DNA of 64,000 bases from Octopus sinensis (taxonomy: Eukaryota). This document shows, piece after piece, positions 38,135-51,594 of this stretch (positions are counted from its first letter, which is position 1; every line of letters starts with the position of its first letter). The position numbers and the translations under genes were made by a program. Under the pieces are notes generated by a model that ran no database searches, was not told the DNA's origin, and was given only the letters and a program-made list of their open reading frames with translations. The stretch spans positions 1 to 64,000 of the forward strand of contig NW_021832607.1 in assembly GCF_006345805.1 (NCBI RefSeq), read 5' to 3'.

Positions 38135-38823
38135 TTTCCAACTCTCACTTTCTAATCTGTTCTCTTTTCTGAATAGTCTTCTCTTCTTTCACTCTCAAAA
38201 CTTACTCTCAACAATAACTCAGATTTTCTCTTAATCTCCTGTCTTTCTCTCACACTTCCCGACTTCCCTTTTACACTAAGCCTGCAAGGGTATATAACAA
38301 GCAGAAATATATGATTTGCATATATTATATTATATCTTATACTATTTCTCATCTTTCCATACTTTTCTCATCTTATTGTAATTCGTTTCTTTTATTACAA
38401 TACACTTAGAAAATGAATCCCCTTTTCTGTTCCTCTCATTACTGTTTTGTTACCACGACAGACGTTTATTTTCCTTGAACCTGTTCTATAGTTGTCGGCC
38501 TTTCATTTCTACGGTTTATTGCACCGCGTGTTTTGTTGTGTAACATCATATTTTTATTTCTTCGGTCCCCCATTACTTCAGATTCTTCCTTGTTTTAACT
38601 GTTTTGTTTCTCTCCGTCTGTTTCTCCACGCATATACATACTGATGTATGTATATGCATATGTGAATTTATATATATATTTCAAACACCAACTTTCTCAT
38701 GTATATATATATATATATATATATACCTAAATATATATTATATATGTATATAGATATGTATATATATATATATTATATATAATATATATATATTATATAT
38801 ATGCAACATATATGCATATATAC

Positions 38824-38868
<45 letters not shown>

Positions 38869-39662
38869 CATACACACTCATACATACACATATATAGATA
38901 TATAGATAGTTTTCTATATTTCTATTTCAATATAACTCGTTGCTATAGTAACAGATTGCTCTATCTATGTATGTAGGTATATCAATTCTAATGTAATAAA
39001 ATATACGAGGAAACTCCTGTAGGAAATTCAAATATCAATATTAAAATACATCGCCATATTTTAGTGATTTTCAGTGCGTCTGATTCTTCCTTCATATCCC
39101 CGTAATTAAAGGAAATAAATTGCGTTCGCCGAGCCGTTCTATTTATATGCAGTTTTCCACTGTACAACACTCGTAATATTTCCAACACTTATATGTTTCT
39201 CACTTGTCTTTATTTCTTCGTTTTTGTCTTTCATCCTTCATCGTTTGTTCGCACATCGTTTGTCTCCCAATTTCTATTACAAACTCACATCGTATTTTCG
39301 TTTATATACTTGTGTATATCTTTTATCCCCCCCTCTCTCTCGTGCGCACACTGTTCCTTACTCTCTCTTTCTCTGTCTCTCTTTCTAGCTGTTTAACCTC
39401 CTCTACATTCCTCCCAGCGCTTTTTCCTAAAATTTCTTTATTACACTTATTCGTTTTTATATAATTTCAATTTGTGAAACATTTCTTCAAACTTCTTGTA
39501 TCACTTTTATTCTCTCACTTTAGTCGAACAAATACACCCCATTCTTTAGTAACATTTTATTGGTTCATCGGAGCCTTGAACACGAAGTGCAATATATTTG
39601 GGAAACAATTACATTTGCATCTATAGAGAAAACATCTATGTGTGTATGTATGTGTGTATGTA

Positions 39663-39874
39663 CAGTAATCCCGCGCCACATTGTGGTTCACTTATCGCGG
39701 TTTATTTATTTATTCAAGTGTTCTTTTATATTTATGATAAAATAAATATATACAAATTATATAAATAATAATGATAATAATAAATATACAGTACAGTACT
39801 GTTTCTACTTCGCGGATTTTCGCGAAGGTGGGGGGTTATGGAAGGTAATACCCGCGATAGTCGAGGGATCACTG
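39663..39874 (+). mobile_element. Family M MITE, short deletion derivative
   Basis: ta-cagtaatcccgcgcc ... cgcgatagtcgagggatcactg; shares tacagtacagt..tttctact with the 29633 copy. Confidence 0.8.
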
Positions 39875-40489
39875 CATGTGTGTATGAATGTATGCATGTA
39901 TGTACACATGTATATACAGATCTGCTGGCCAGGGTCCAGCAGCAAAAGTAGAAAAGATTTCTGGAATACAGTCAAGAGCACGCAGTGCCCTTCCTCGAAA
40001 TGCGGGCGAAGGAAAATTCAAAATCGCATTCTATGAGTTGATAGCGGTAAGAAAGAGCGATGGCGTATTTGGTGAGATTCTTTTTATCGAAGAACGTCAG
40101 CTGGCATGTCGTGGGTGGAAACTGTGAAGAGTGCGAGCGGATAATTGCCAGAAGAAAACCTACAATGTTAATAGCATTATCATCATTGCAGTTTCGAATG
40201 ATTTATTACGTGCACAAATTAAGGAGATGATTCTGTGTGGAATCGTCCATTTGCTGGTGAGACTACAGGAGGCTTAACCTTCGAAGTCACTGTCTCCCCT
40301 CTCCTTGTAACAGTAGAACAATTATGTACTCAGGAAAAATCAATTGAATAACCCTATAGTAAAATTGCTTTCATCGTAACTCGACATCAACGAAATATTA
40401 ATATACATATACGTATAAATCTACTTTTGGGCGTTTAAATACATAGATACATACAAATATACACAAACATCCACACATCCACACATCCA

Positions 40490-40532
40490 CCCATATACAT
40501 ATATATATATACATATATATAATATATATTAT

Positions 40533-40564
<32 letters not shown>

Positions 40565-40576
40565 ATATATATATAC

Positions 40577-40624
<48 letters not shown>

Positions 40625-40728
40625 ATATATATACACACAATATATATATATATATATATAACACACACCAATAAATTGAATTATTGGCTATATATATATA
40701 TATATACATACACACACACACATAATAT

Positions 40729-40763
<35 letters not shown>

Positions 40764-40944
40764 CTCACAATATATATATTATATATATATATATATTATA
40801 TATATATATATATACACACAATATATATATATATATTATATACACACAAATAAAATTGAATATTGCTATATATATATATATATACATACACACCACACAC
40901 ACATATATATATCTATATATATATATATATATATATATACACTC

Positions 40945-40994
<50 letters not shown>

Positions 40995-40996
40995 CA

Positions 40997-41050
<54 letters not shown>

Positions 41051-41780
41051 ATATTACATGGCAATAGGACTACAAACGTTTTTCCTTCTTTGAATTTTAT
41101 ACTTAGAGTAATTGGCCACCCCCATATAAAATATTTATTACCAAAGACTTTTTAAAGAGGCGAAATGGTCGAGTAAAAAGAGAAAATGAAAAACCAGGCA
41201 TCAATGGCGGACAATACAACCATCCCCGTCCATGTCATCCACCATGTAACGCGCTGACAGTTTTAAGAGATTTTTCACTGAGAGGATGTCGCCTATATAC
41301 ATTTCAGCACTGGATAATATTCTGCCTATTGCTTTATCATAAACTTAAGATAATATCATCTGTTGTCATTTTAATAGTCTTCTTATGCATACACCCACAC
41401 ACACATCCATATACATATGTGTATACATACATACCAATATACATATATTGATATATATATATATATATATATATAATATGTATTATATATATATATATAT
41501 AGATATGTATATATATATATATATGTATATATATGCGTGTGTATGTATATGTGTGTATATTATATATATATAATATGCATATATATATATGTATATGTAT
41601 ATATATATATTGCATATAAATATATATATATATTGTATATATATATAATATACATATATACAAATGTATATATATATATAACAATATATGTATACATATA
41701 TTATATATATATATATATATTATATATATACATATATTTATACACGCACACACGTACATATATAGACACCTATATACATT
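40490..41780. repeat. Two large (TA)n/(CA)n/(TG)n blocks (about 40490-41055 and 41390-41780)
   Basis: Direct reading. Confidence 0.9.
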
Positions 41781-42277
41781 TGTATGAATGTATGTATTCC
41801 CATCGTCGTTGCTATTTTGCTGAGACTCTATATGAGTACAATTAACTGTATCTGTGTATACATAAGAAATTGGGAATATTTATTGATAATGGTGGGAAGG
41901 CCTACTGAAGTCAATGACATTTTGTTCGAATATAGATTGATACACACGTACGTATGTACTTATATGCGCACGCACGCGCGTGTAGATGCATGTGCGTTTC
42001 TGTATGCGTGTGTACACATACATTCGTACGTGATAAATGTGTGTTTTTCATTACGTTATCTATGTCTACGTATTTAATTTCTACATAAAGTAAAATGCTA
42101 TATTTTTGCTTAGTTCCTGATATATTCATCACAAACACAAACGTACACACTCACACACGCATACACACACACACCCAAACACACACACACTCATAACAGA
42201 ACGGTCACTCATGTGGCCTCATATTTCCGCATGCGTACACTTACATTTTCACACAATCACACTCGTGTATTTGAGTG

Positions 42278-42311
<34 letters not shown>

Positions 42312-42342
42312 GATATATATATATATAGAGAGAGAGAGAGAT

Positions 42343-42477
42343 TAATCAGCCGAAATTGCGAAGCTGGTCCGGTTCTTGACTGAAGATTGAAGGATTCGAA
42401 TGTCGCGTCCGTGTTTTTTGTGTCGTCTTCTAATTGTTTCAGGTTCTTGTCCCAGTTTGTATATTTTTTTACTTTTA
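42343..42477 (+). mobile_element. Short interspersed element, same family as 8100-8226
   Basis: Collinear match; lies between (TA)n(GA)n and (TA)n. Confidence 0.8.
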
Positions 42478-42968
42478 CATATATATATAAACGGCAAAAT
42501 GTCTGTGTTGTGTGTGTATCCTTTATACAAATCCACAATTTTTCAGTTAGAGGGATCGCACTTTCTATGGTCATTCGAAACCGTCCAAGGGTGGTTGTGA
42601 AGATCTTTTCCTTTCCCAGTTACCCCTGAAAGCCATTAAAATATCGATAAACCGACCCCTTATGTTTCAGGTAACAAAAGCCTTTAATACAAGGGACGTA
42701 ATCCAGCTGTTTAATGTAAAGATATTAAAGCATAGCAAAGGAAATAGCTCTTTAAATCTCTGCATTTCCTTCCCTTTTGTTATGTATCACATCTCAGTAC
42801 TGTACCAGACCAATTTATCTAATTTAGGACCGGAACTGTCCCGGATTTCTGGATTTTCCAGTATCACAGAGAATTCCTAAACGTTTGCTTAAAATCTCTG
42901 TATCAATAAATGGCAAAATGTCTGTAGGTTAAAGCAGGATAAAACCGCTGCGAGCACGTGGGCGTGCA

Positions 42969-43008
<40 letters not shown>

Positions 43009-44950
43009 AAACAACAAGCAAGTGTATTAGTTTGACGCTGGGGAATGTATGAAAGCCATTTATGTTTCGAACCTACCCACTTCAACAGGAAGGAATAAGA
43101 GAAAATAGAGAAAGAATATAATATATATATATATATAATATATATACTATATATATATATATAAACCCCATACATACATTCATGCATATATATTCTTACA
43201 TACGCACAAAGTCGCATTTGCAGAACGTTAACATGGATTTATATAAGTCCATCTTCACATAACGCAGCCTAGGCTGATAGTTTTTATTAATAGATACACA
43301 TGTTAGGAAATAGCCATACAGTTATTAATATAACAAATAAAAGTTGCATTACAAATGGTTTTAACGTGGACGCCATATCACTCCTATTTCAAAGCGTCAC
43401 TGACGAAGGACAATTGGGGCCAAAACAAACACGGTGTTGTCCATCTGTTTTTCAATGATTTAGACACACCTCTTTTCACCTATCAATTAATTTTAATTGA
43501 ATAAATTATCGCAGATTTCGTTATTACTCTGCTTTTGTTAACTATAGTTAATCATTAATTTCGATATTTTTTTTTCTTTTCAAGTGAATTTAATTTGTTA
43601 AAATTTAGTGGTTGCTTGAATTCGTAACAACTTAATTATTCATTATTTGTTTAATTTGAGGAATTCCTCAATTTAGTTTATTTTTATTTTCGCTTTCTTT
43701 GATCACAGTTTTTGTCTCAATGGCGTGTTTTTGTGTTATTTAATTCATTCACTTAAAGAAACCCGCACATGTATTTTCTGTTTAGCAAGTGAGAGCTATA
43801 CACAGAGCTAAATAAATTTGTCCCCCATTTCACTAAATCTATATAAGTATTATTTTCGCTTGTGATTATTTATAAATGTTAAATTGTATGTGTACGCCTA
43901 TGCAATTGTCGGTTTTTACTATTACTCCCTCCTAGTGTTTAATATATGTTCATCTTCTCTTTTTTCTATGTATGTATGTATCTATGTATGTATCTATCTA
44001 TCTGTCTCTCTGCCAGTCTGCATGTCTCTGCTGCGTCTGTGTCTATTTGTGTCTGTCTCTGTCTTTCTATCTAACTATCTATCTATATCTGTCTTTCTAT
44101 GTATGTATGTATGTATGTATGTATGTATGTATGTATGTATCTATGTATCTATGTATCTATGTATCTATCTATCTATCTATATGTGTGTGTCTGTCTGTGT
44201 GTCTACCTGTCTGTTGACGAAAGCACACACTAATGCACATACATTGTACGCACATGCAAACCCACCAAAATAGATTGTTTTTCACCTCCAACACATACCC
44301 ATGCACACAAATTGTACCCTCACATATGCACAGCTCCCCACACATACATTACACATTACATTACACACTGCACGCTAATATACAAAGATCTCACCAAGAC
44401 TATATCTTTTACAGAAAGAAAACAGACCAACGAACACAGCCATGTATACCTACACCACTACAAATATCACACACCCAATCTCCACTCGAGCATCACATTA
44501 ATAATATCCCCCTTCCTCACTTCAAGATAACTCTTAGTGGCTTCACAACGTAACCAACCAAGGAACATAACTCCTAACCAATTACTCTAGCCCGTTTTTC
44601 GTTCCACCCCCTTTTTACACAGCAGCGGTTTACACGGTTGTCCTAGTGAACGTCCGACAATAGAGAGAGGTCACCATATTCCCTTCCATATCGGTTAACT
44701 CTGACGAGCGTAAATCGGATTATTACCTAACGCACCATTGTATTTTTTAAGAGAAACTGAATTGTATGAATATTTAGTATTATACATTTCGTATAATATA
44801 GAAATATATATATATACACACACACACATGTATACACACACACACACACAAACACACACATATATATATATATACCGGAGTAAGCACGTAAATGTGAAAC
44901 AAGGTGTAAAAAAGGAGTACTCAAATACCAGAGACAGAGTTATATGCTTC

Positions 44951-45070
44951 ATTTAAAAGCAGCAGAAATATAACAAAAGCTGTTACTCGGAGTGTTAACA
45001 ACACTCTCCGACGAACGGGAACGTGAAACTCCGTATAACAGTTTTTCTTATATTTCTTCTGCTTTTAAAT
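44951..45070 (+). ncRNA. Fold-back element: 43-bp inverted repeat enclosing a hammerhead core
   Basis: Arms 44951-44993 and 45028-45070; CCGACGA-ACG-ggaa-CGT-GAAA-CTCCG at 45008-45033; part of a unit of about 200 bp between (TA)n tracts. Confidence 0.65.
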
Positions 45071-45071
45071 A

Positions 45072-45102
<31 letters not shown>

Positions 45103-45809
45103 CATGCATCACTAGTATGAAATAGGGATCCATTTTATTGTATGACTAACAGTGAAAGATCCGTTTAAGGAATAGCAATGAGGCACGTAGAGAGAATTAT
45201 AATGTAGAGAGTTAATGACAATAAAATCCAGAATATTCGATCGATGAAGTTATTTTCTGTGTCAGGAGGTATGGGGTAAATACGTTTATGGTGAAGCACG
45301 TGACGTCGTTAGGTTCAGGGCCGTATCTCCAAATTCTTCACATATTAATTTCAGTGTAGAGGAAATTATTCTTCGCTCGTTTGCATTAGTATTTTCTAAA
45401 ATCTATTTAAATGATGCAAAATGGCTCATCAGATCATTCTGGTTAGAGCTACGTGTTGATTTGTCCCTGCTCTAAGCATCGTGCGTCTATAGGGGAGGAT
45501 CGTTCAATGCGTTCAGCAACGGTAATGGGCTTTCTAGTAATGAATCCACGTTAAGTAGGTGGGAGAGGATTCTCTTTCGGAATCAATATTCTTCCGTCAC
45601 TGCCACACCCCCACACCCCCACACACAAATACACGCATACACACACACTAACACACACGTATATATCAATGTACAAGGCGTCAGATTCTGATGATATTTG
45701 GTAACCGATGAAGTATGAGAAGGTTCACGTATTCCCTGTGAATTTTCATGGTTTCCTATGTTCCTAATTCAGTCTCCTATGCAGTACGGAAGATAATATA
45801 TATTATTCA

Positions 45810-45814
45810 TGTAT

Positions 45815-45869
<55 letters not shown>

Positions 45870-45904
45870 ATATATATATCATATACATATATACATATAT
45901 ATAA

Positions 45905-45994
<90 letters not shown>

Positions 45995-45995
45995 C
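45810..45995. repeat. (TA)n block; similar blocks at 47500-47860, 49851-49932, 56300-56580 and 61010-61320
   Basis: Direct reading. Confidence 0.95.
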
Positions 45996-46418
45996 ACAGG
46001 AAAAAAGCAAGAAGAATGGATTAGATGTTCAGTACAATTGTTTCATACGAAGAACAGGCTTATTTAAAGCTGCAAATATATTTATACATATAAATTTATA
46101 TAAATAAGGATAAGATCGTTAATTTAAAATAAAATAACGATTTTGTCAAGCAGCCACCATGGAAAAAAATAATCTTCAAAGGTAATAATTATTAAAATTA
46201 TAAGTTAGGGTATCTACGAGATACCACAATGCTGAAAATAGCAGCCATGATCTGACTCTAAAACCACCGTAATTGTCCATATCGCAACACGGAGAGAATA
46301 CAAAGAGACAAGATGAAACTAGTAAAAAATTACTGGATAATTCTAGATACCGGATTTCTGATTTGTATTCAGGAATGCGTTAGCTCGTCGGTAGAATACA
46401 CGCCGAAAATAAACATAA

Positions 46419-46485
<67 letters not shown>

Positions 46486-46740
46486 AATACAACATACGAA
46501 TACTGACATATAGAATGTATACATGCATATAGATGCACGTATGCATCATGGCCAGTTCAAAAAGCCCGCCGTTTTAAGGCGTGAAAATAGAGGTATTTAG
46601 ACGAAGTGAAAGGCAGGAAGATTGCATTGCTTATATCATTTTATACCTTCTGGTATAATACCAATGTTTTCTTCGAAACATGTGTAGGAAGCATAATGAT
46701 TTGTATAACACCTGCGTTCAACTCCATTGATAAATATATA

Positions 46741-46788
<48 letters not shown>

Positions 46789-46790
<2 letters not shown>

Positions 46791-46992
46791 CGGGAAGCTT
46801 TATGAAAATAGACAAAAGACGAGGCAGGTGGAAAACAAACGAACAATTGTATTAGTATGGCGCTCAGGAAATATAAATAAAACAAGTCTTTAACGTTTCG
46901 AGCCTACGCTCTTCAACAGAAAGATACACAGAGAGAAAAAAAACACAGAAAGAAGGAGAGAAAAAAATGCGTGCAGTAGCTAACGAATCAAC
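46789..46992 (-). mobile_element. Hammerhead-bearing element, family P2, flanked by (TA)n on both sides
   Basis: Homologous to 15254-15450. Confidence 0.8.
46887..46924 (-). ncRNA. Minimal type I hammerhead, variant core CUGUUGA
   Basis: Minus strand: TCTTT-CTGTTGA-A-GAGC-gtag-GCTC-GAAA-C-GT-T-AAAGA. Confidence 0.75.
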
Positions 46993-47528
46993 ATATATAT
47001 ATATATATATCAATGGAACTTTTAAAGATCAATCTATCTCACCAATTTATTACACCTATTTTCGTCTTTAATAAATGTTATATGAAAAGTACATAACGGA
47101 AATATAGCGTAGAGTGTATCTGATAACAACGTTAATTAATTCGAATTTTAAACATAATTATCTACCAGTTCATTTATAAAGGGTTTGAATCTTGTCGATA
47201 TGTTTGCGTTACATTAAAGTGGACGTAATTAATGATGTTAATTAATTCAGTATTCTGAATTTATGAATAGCCTCTGCATCTATTCGAATTTGTTTTTACA
47301 TTCGCTGTTTTCTCTTTGATGTCTATGTCATTGAATAATTGGCTTTAAATACAGCTACTCGTAATAATAATTGAAATATTATGAAGGTCACACCGATGAT
47401 TATGTTGTTTAGTCCCAAATGGTTACATATTCACGAATAATATTTCGATTTACACACTCACGCACACAACAGATTCACCTATATAAGTATACATATTCAA
47501 AGAGAGTGTGTATGACGTATACATACAT

Positions 47529-47559
<31 letters not shown>

Positions 47560-47594
47560 AATGCGAATATATATATATATATATATATATACTT

Positions 47595-47641
<47 letters not shown>

Positions 47642-47953
47642 CATATATATATACACACACACATATATTTATATATATGTGTATATATATGTACATATAT
47701 ATATATATATATATATATTGCATGTATGCATAGGGATATCTATATATATATATATATATATATTTAGAAATTAATATCCACACAGGCATACACAAATGCA
47801 CACACAAACACACACACACATGCAGCGACATGTATATGTGTGTTTGTGTGTTTGTGTGTGTGCATACGTATATCTTTACTTCATTCTATTGAACCTAACA
47901 GTTTATATCAATTTCAATAATATTCATATATATATATTTATTTTATAGAAGGA

Positions 47954-48002
47954 GCTTCTACAGGACTAGAACTGTTTCATTCAAAAGAAATCATCAGGAA
48001 GC
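47954..48002 (-). ncRNA. Type I hammerhead ribozyme with canonical core
   Basis: Minus strand: GCTTC-CTGATGA-TTTC-tttt-GAAT-GAAA-CAG-ttctagtc-CTG-T-A-GAAGC. Stems I and III are perfect; the first pair of stem II is T-T. Confidence 0.8.
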
Positions 48003-48053
48003 ATGTATTGAGTACCTTATTTACTGTGGTTAACCCCGACTCAACCCGGGACC

Positions 48054-48132
<79 letters not shown>

Positions 48133-48196
48133 GTACATATACATGTATAGATATATATATATATACATATATTTATGTATGTATATGTATGTATGT

Positions 48197-48410
48197 GGAT
48201 GCGCGTGGCTTAGGGTGTCAACATCATGATCATAAATTTGTGGTTACGATTCCTGGACGGGCGACGCGTTGCGTTCTTGAGCAAACCACTTCATTTCCCG
48301 TTGTTCCAATCCACTCAGCTGGCAACAAGGAGCAACGCTGCGATGGACTGGCGTCCCGTCCTGTTGTGGAACACATACGGCATAGAAACCGGGAAACGTG
48401 TAGACCGACA
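48197..48410 (+). mobile_element. tRNA-derived SINE family D with V-domain-like core
   Basis: Head gcgcgtggcttagggtg...ggttacgattcctgg...ttcttgagcaaa; core ctgcgatggactggcgtcccgtcc...agaaaccgggaaac resembles the V-SINE central domain as I recall it. Confidence 0.65.
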
Positions 48411-48599
48411 CTACCACAGTTATGTGGTTGTGTGTATGTATATAAGTACGAAATCTGATCAAGATGTATCCGGACTGTTGCCATGTTAACGAAACTAAAG
48501 CACGCAGAATAAAGCCGCTTGGAAAATATTGACTTTGATCCCTGCTCTGCATATTGACTACGTGTCAAAGTTCTAGCTCATTTCTACTGTTTACAGCAG

Positions 48600-48860
48600 T
48601 GTTTGGAACCGAGGTGTGTAGTGTGTGATCGTCGCATTTGCCATGAGAGAAACAGTTGTCACAGAGATACTTGCTCAGGGGCCCACAGAATTGCATGGGG
48701 AGGGATTGTGATCCGCACACATATGTACAAGTGGTTTAGTTGTTTACAAGGTTACAAGGCGGCCAAAAAAATGTGGATACTGACGAAGGTTCTGGGAGAC
48801 CGGCAACCAGCAGAACAGACCTTGAAACATAATGCGACTTCACAGTAGAGACCACGGTGA
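48600..48860 (+). mobile_element. Decayed mariner transposase N-terminal (HTH) fragment
   Basis: RTHMYKWF followed, after a frameshift, by [21 protein letters not shown] (cf. VYEWFKRFKEGRESVEDDERSGRPSTS). Confidence 0.75.
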
Positions 48861-49006
48861 ATTTGAGCCAACCGGTTTCCCTCTATGCCATTACTATGAC
48901 AGCAGTAAGGAAGCTTATTGATCAGAAAACGTATATATATGTATATATATATATATATATGTATATATATACGTATACATATATACATATGCGTATACAT
49001 ATATAC

Positions 49007-49040
<34 letters not shown>

Positions 49041-49488
49041 ATATTTATATATACATATAAATTATATTTATACGTATATAGACAAACTATAAATATATAT
49101 CTATACAATATGTGCATATACATATAAGTTACATATATCCATATATATATACAAATTATATATATGTATCCATACATATACACACACGCACACAGACACA
49201 CACAAATACACACACACACACACACATATATAAATATATATACATATATATAAAATATTGATGGTTATTTGAAAAAATTTTGATTAACGCATTTTCTAGA
49301 TACATGATCGATTTCCCATTATTGAACAATAAATTATTTTAACAAAAAGAATATAAAAAAAGAATAGACACATTCCTCTAGACGCGTCCACCATTCTTCA
49401 GTAACCAAGATTTAGGGCATTAAAGCTACCTCACTGCAAAAATTATTTTCAGTAATAAACAAGGTAATCCTAAATTCTCAATACTTAC

Positions 49489-49579
49489 TGTTGAGTAAAT
49501 TTCCTTTTGAATCGCTTTGTCTTTACAAAACCTTCGAACCGTCTGCCTAATGCATCGTATTACTTCAGTCTTCGTGTCT
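49489..49579 (-). other. Candidate 91-nt exon of an unidentified transcript
   Basis: Acceptor (TG)n..gtttactccacag and donor GTAAGT; only one frame is open (DTKTEVIRCIRQTVRRFCKDKAIQKEIYST). Confidence 0.3.
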
Positions 49580-49846
49580 CTGTGGAGTAAACGCGCGCGC
49601 ACACATACACACACAGCAACACACACGCATACATATATACGTTTTTATTATTATTTTGCAATTTACTTAATCATCGGTATATTATTGTTATTTTATTTTA
49701 ATCTTTCTATTATATGTAATTTAATTGTTCATTTTGAATTGATAAAAGGTGTTTTTCTAATTTTTACATATATATCATATTTTGTGAATGTTGATTTAGT
49801 ATTTCTAAATTGAATTTTTCCCTGTAAGTTAGACATATAATCCCTC

Positions 49847-49937
<91 letters not shown>

Positions 49938-50579
49938 ATGTAGGGGGGGTGTTTGGTGTTGGCACAGTCTAATCGAATAATCGAACATTAGATATTATAT
50001 AAAAACCAAAAAGAAGACGTGGACATGAAATGTGTTAGTTTCACGCTTTTTACAAAGATAGCTTTCGACGTTTCGTGCAAGGCTGTTCGCCAGAAGGGGA
50101 AACAGAAAAAAGTGCATAGTCGGAAAAATTTCACCGACAGCAAGCGTATTTATGAGCGTCTGTGTTTATGTAATTTCAATATCTTCAAAGTATTATATCT
50201 GATATGAAATCCCTTGTATACTTACTCGCCTAAATTATTTCTATTTCTTTAATTTTTTACTTCGCATTTTATTCACTAGAGGAATGAATATATATGTAAA
50301 CGTGATATATTGCGCTCAATGTAATAGGCTGCAAATCTGGTATACTCTCTTCCTGCCTTGTGTCCATCTCAAGCTCGATCGACTGTAAAAGATGGTAGCC
50401 ACAGGCATAACTGGATCCGAAACAAACCTAAGTCAGTTCCTCCAATGCCACAAAGGATCTGCCAATTGTCTTCAACCCTATGTAGTATTCTAAATAATTA
50501 TGTCATTGAAAGTAAAGTATATGTCTTCTGTCGCTGTTATTCTCAGTAATATCATATTCATTCCGGGTTATTACCCAAT

Positions 50580-51060
50580 TTCCTATATTTGATTGTTGTA
50601 AACGTTGTGTTTGGATCGGGTTTACACATGTCATGTTACGTTCATACAAACCACCTTATCTGAATATTATCTGGACCCTGATATAATTAAAGGAAACCGT
50701 AACCTTTCCACTCTGGAAATAATTCAATTCACACTGCCATTAGTTATTTATCTCTATATAGGAATTGGTGTAGATTTTGGTGCACAAAATTTGATAGAGA
50801 AGATGTGAGTGAGAGAGGTGCATAAGATTGCCTATGTGTATGAAGAATATATTCCATGATACATATGGTTGACCTACATCCTTTTAACTGGTAATTGCAT
50901 ATCATTGTTTCAGACAAAAATACCGGGGAAATATCACCGAAAATAAAGTTGGTTTGTATGAGCGTAACATAGCTATGCATATCTACAAGGAGATGATGTT
51001 TATACGATTCTTGTGAATAGTGATGAGGCCAGTTGTAACCAGCGAATATACAATATCTAC
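50580..51060 (+). mobile_element. Probable decayed Penelope-like element 3' end (GIY-YIG remnant plus hammerhead remnant)
   Basis: CLDRVYTC...IIQF..LYIG in the order expected for CxxxxCxxC..IY..YIG; ends in gtgatgaggccag...cgaata, a degenerate CTGATGA..GAAA. Confidence 0.4.
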
Positions 51061-51552
51061 GTGTATTAAAACCAACCACAATTCTCCGTCAACTTTGAAA
51101 TAAAATCTCGGTAATAAAACGCACAAAGATATCAATAAAACTAGAACACAAATAAAATAGATATGAAACAACAGCGAAAAAAGATACAAACCATTATAGT
51201 GTTCTTTAATTTACAACTTTAGCTTAGCATCGATAAATTATTCATTAGATGAATATTACTGAAACAAAACAATTAGAAAAATCAAAAAGACTGTTTGCAT
51301 TTTTGTTTGTTGGTCTTTGATTTTTTTTCTTTTCTCATGAGTCGTTCGTTTTTGTGATGTCAGTCTCTCAAATACAAAATGTAGTTTACTGTTTGTTTAT
51401 GAATATCCATGATTCACAAACTTCTAAATAACAAATTAACGCTATCATGATTAAAAATCTAAATCGTCCACGCAGTTCTAGTTATCTACATTCAAACATG
51501 TTGTGACGCGAGTGCACAAACACACATACACTCACACACACACACACACACA

Positions 51553-51594
51553 CTTACACACACACACTTACACACACACACTTACACACACACA
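51553..51594. repeat. 14-bp higher-order unit within (CA)n
   Basis: CTTACACACACACA at 51553, 51567 and 51581. Confidence 0.85.

Noticed and set aside
42493-42925. 14-bp direct repeat ggcaaaatgtctgt about 420 bp apart
   Set aside because: It could be a TSD, but no element ends or tail are identifiable between the repeats.
44700-44735. CTGACGA followed by gcgtaaatcgg (similar partial cores near 41125, 43225 and 46385)
   Set aside because: No GAAA, stem III or stem I could be completed, so these are too degenerate to call hammerheads.
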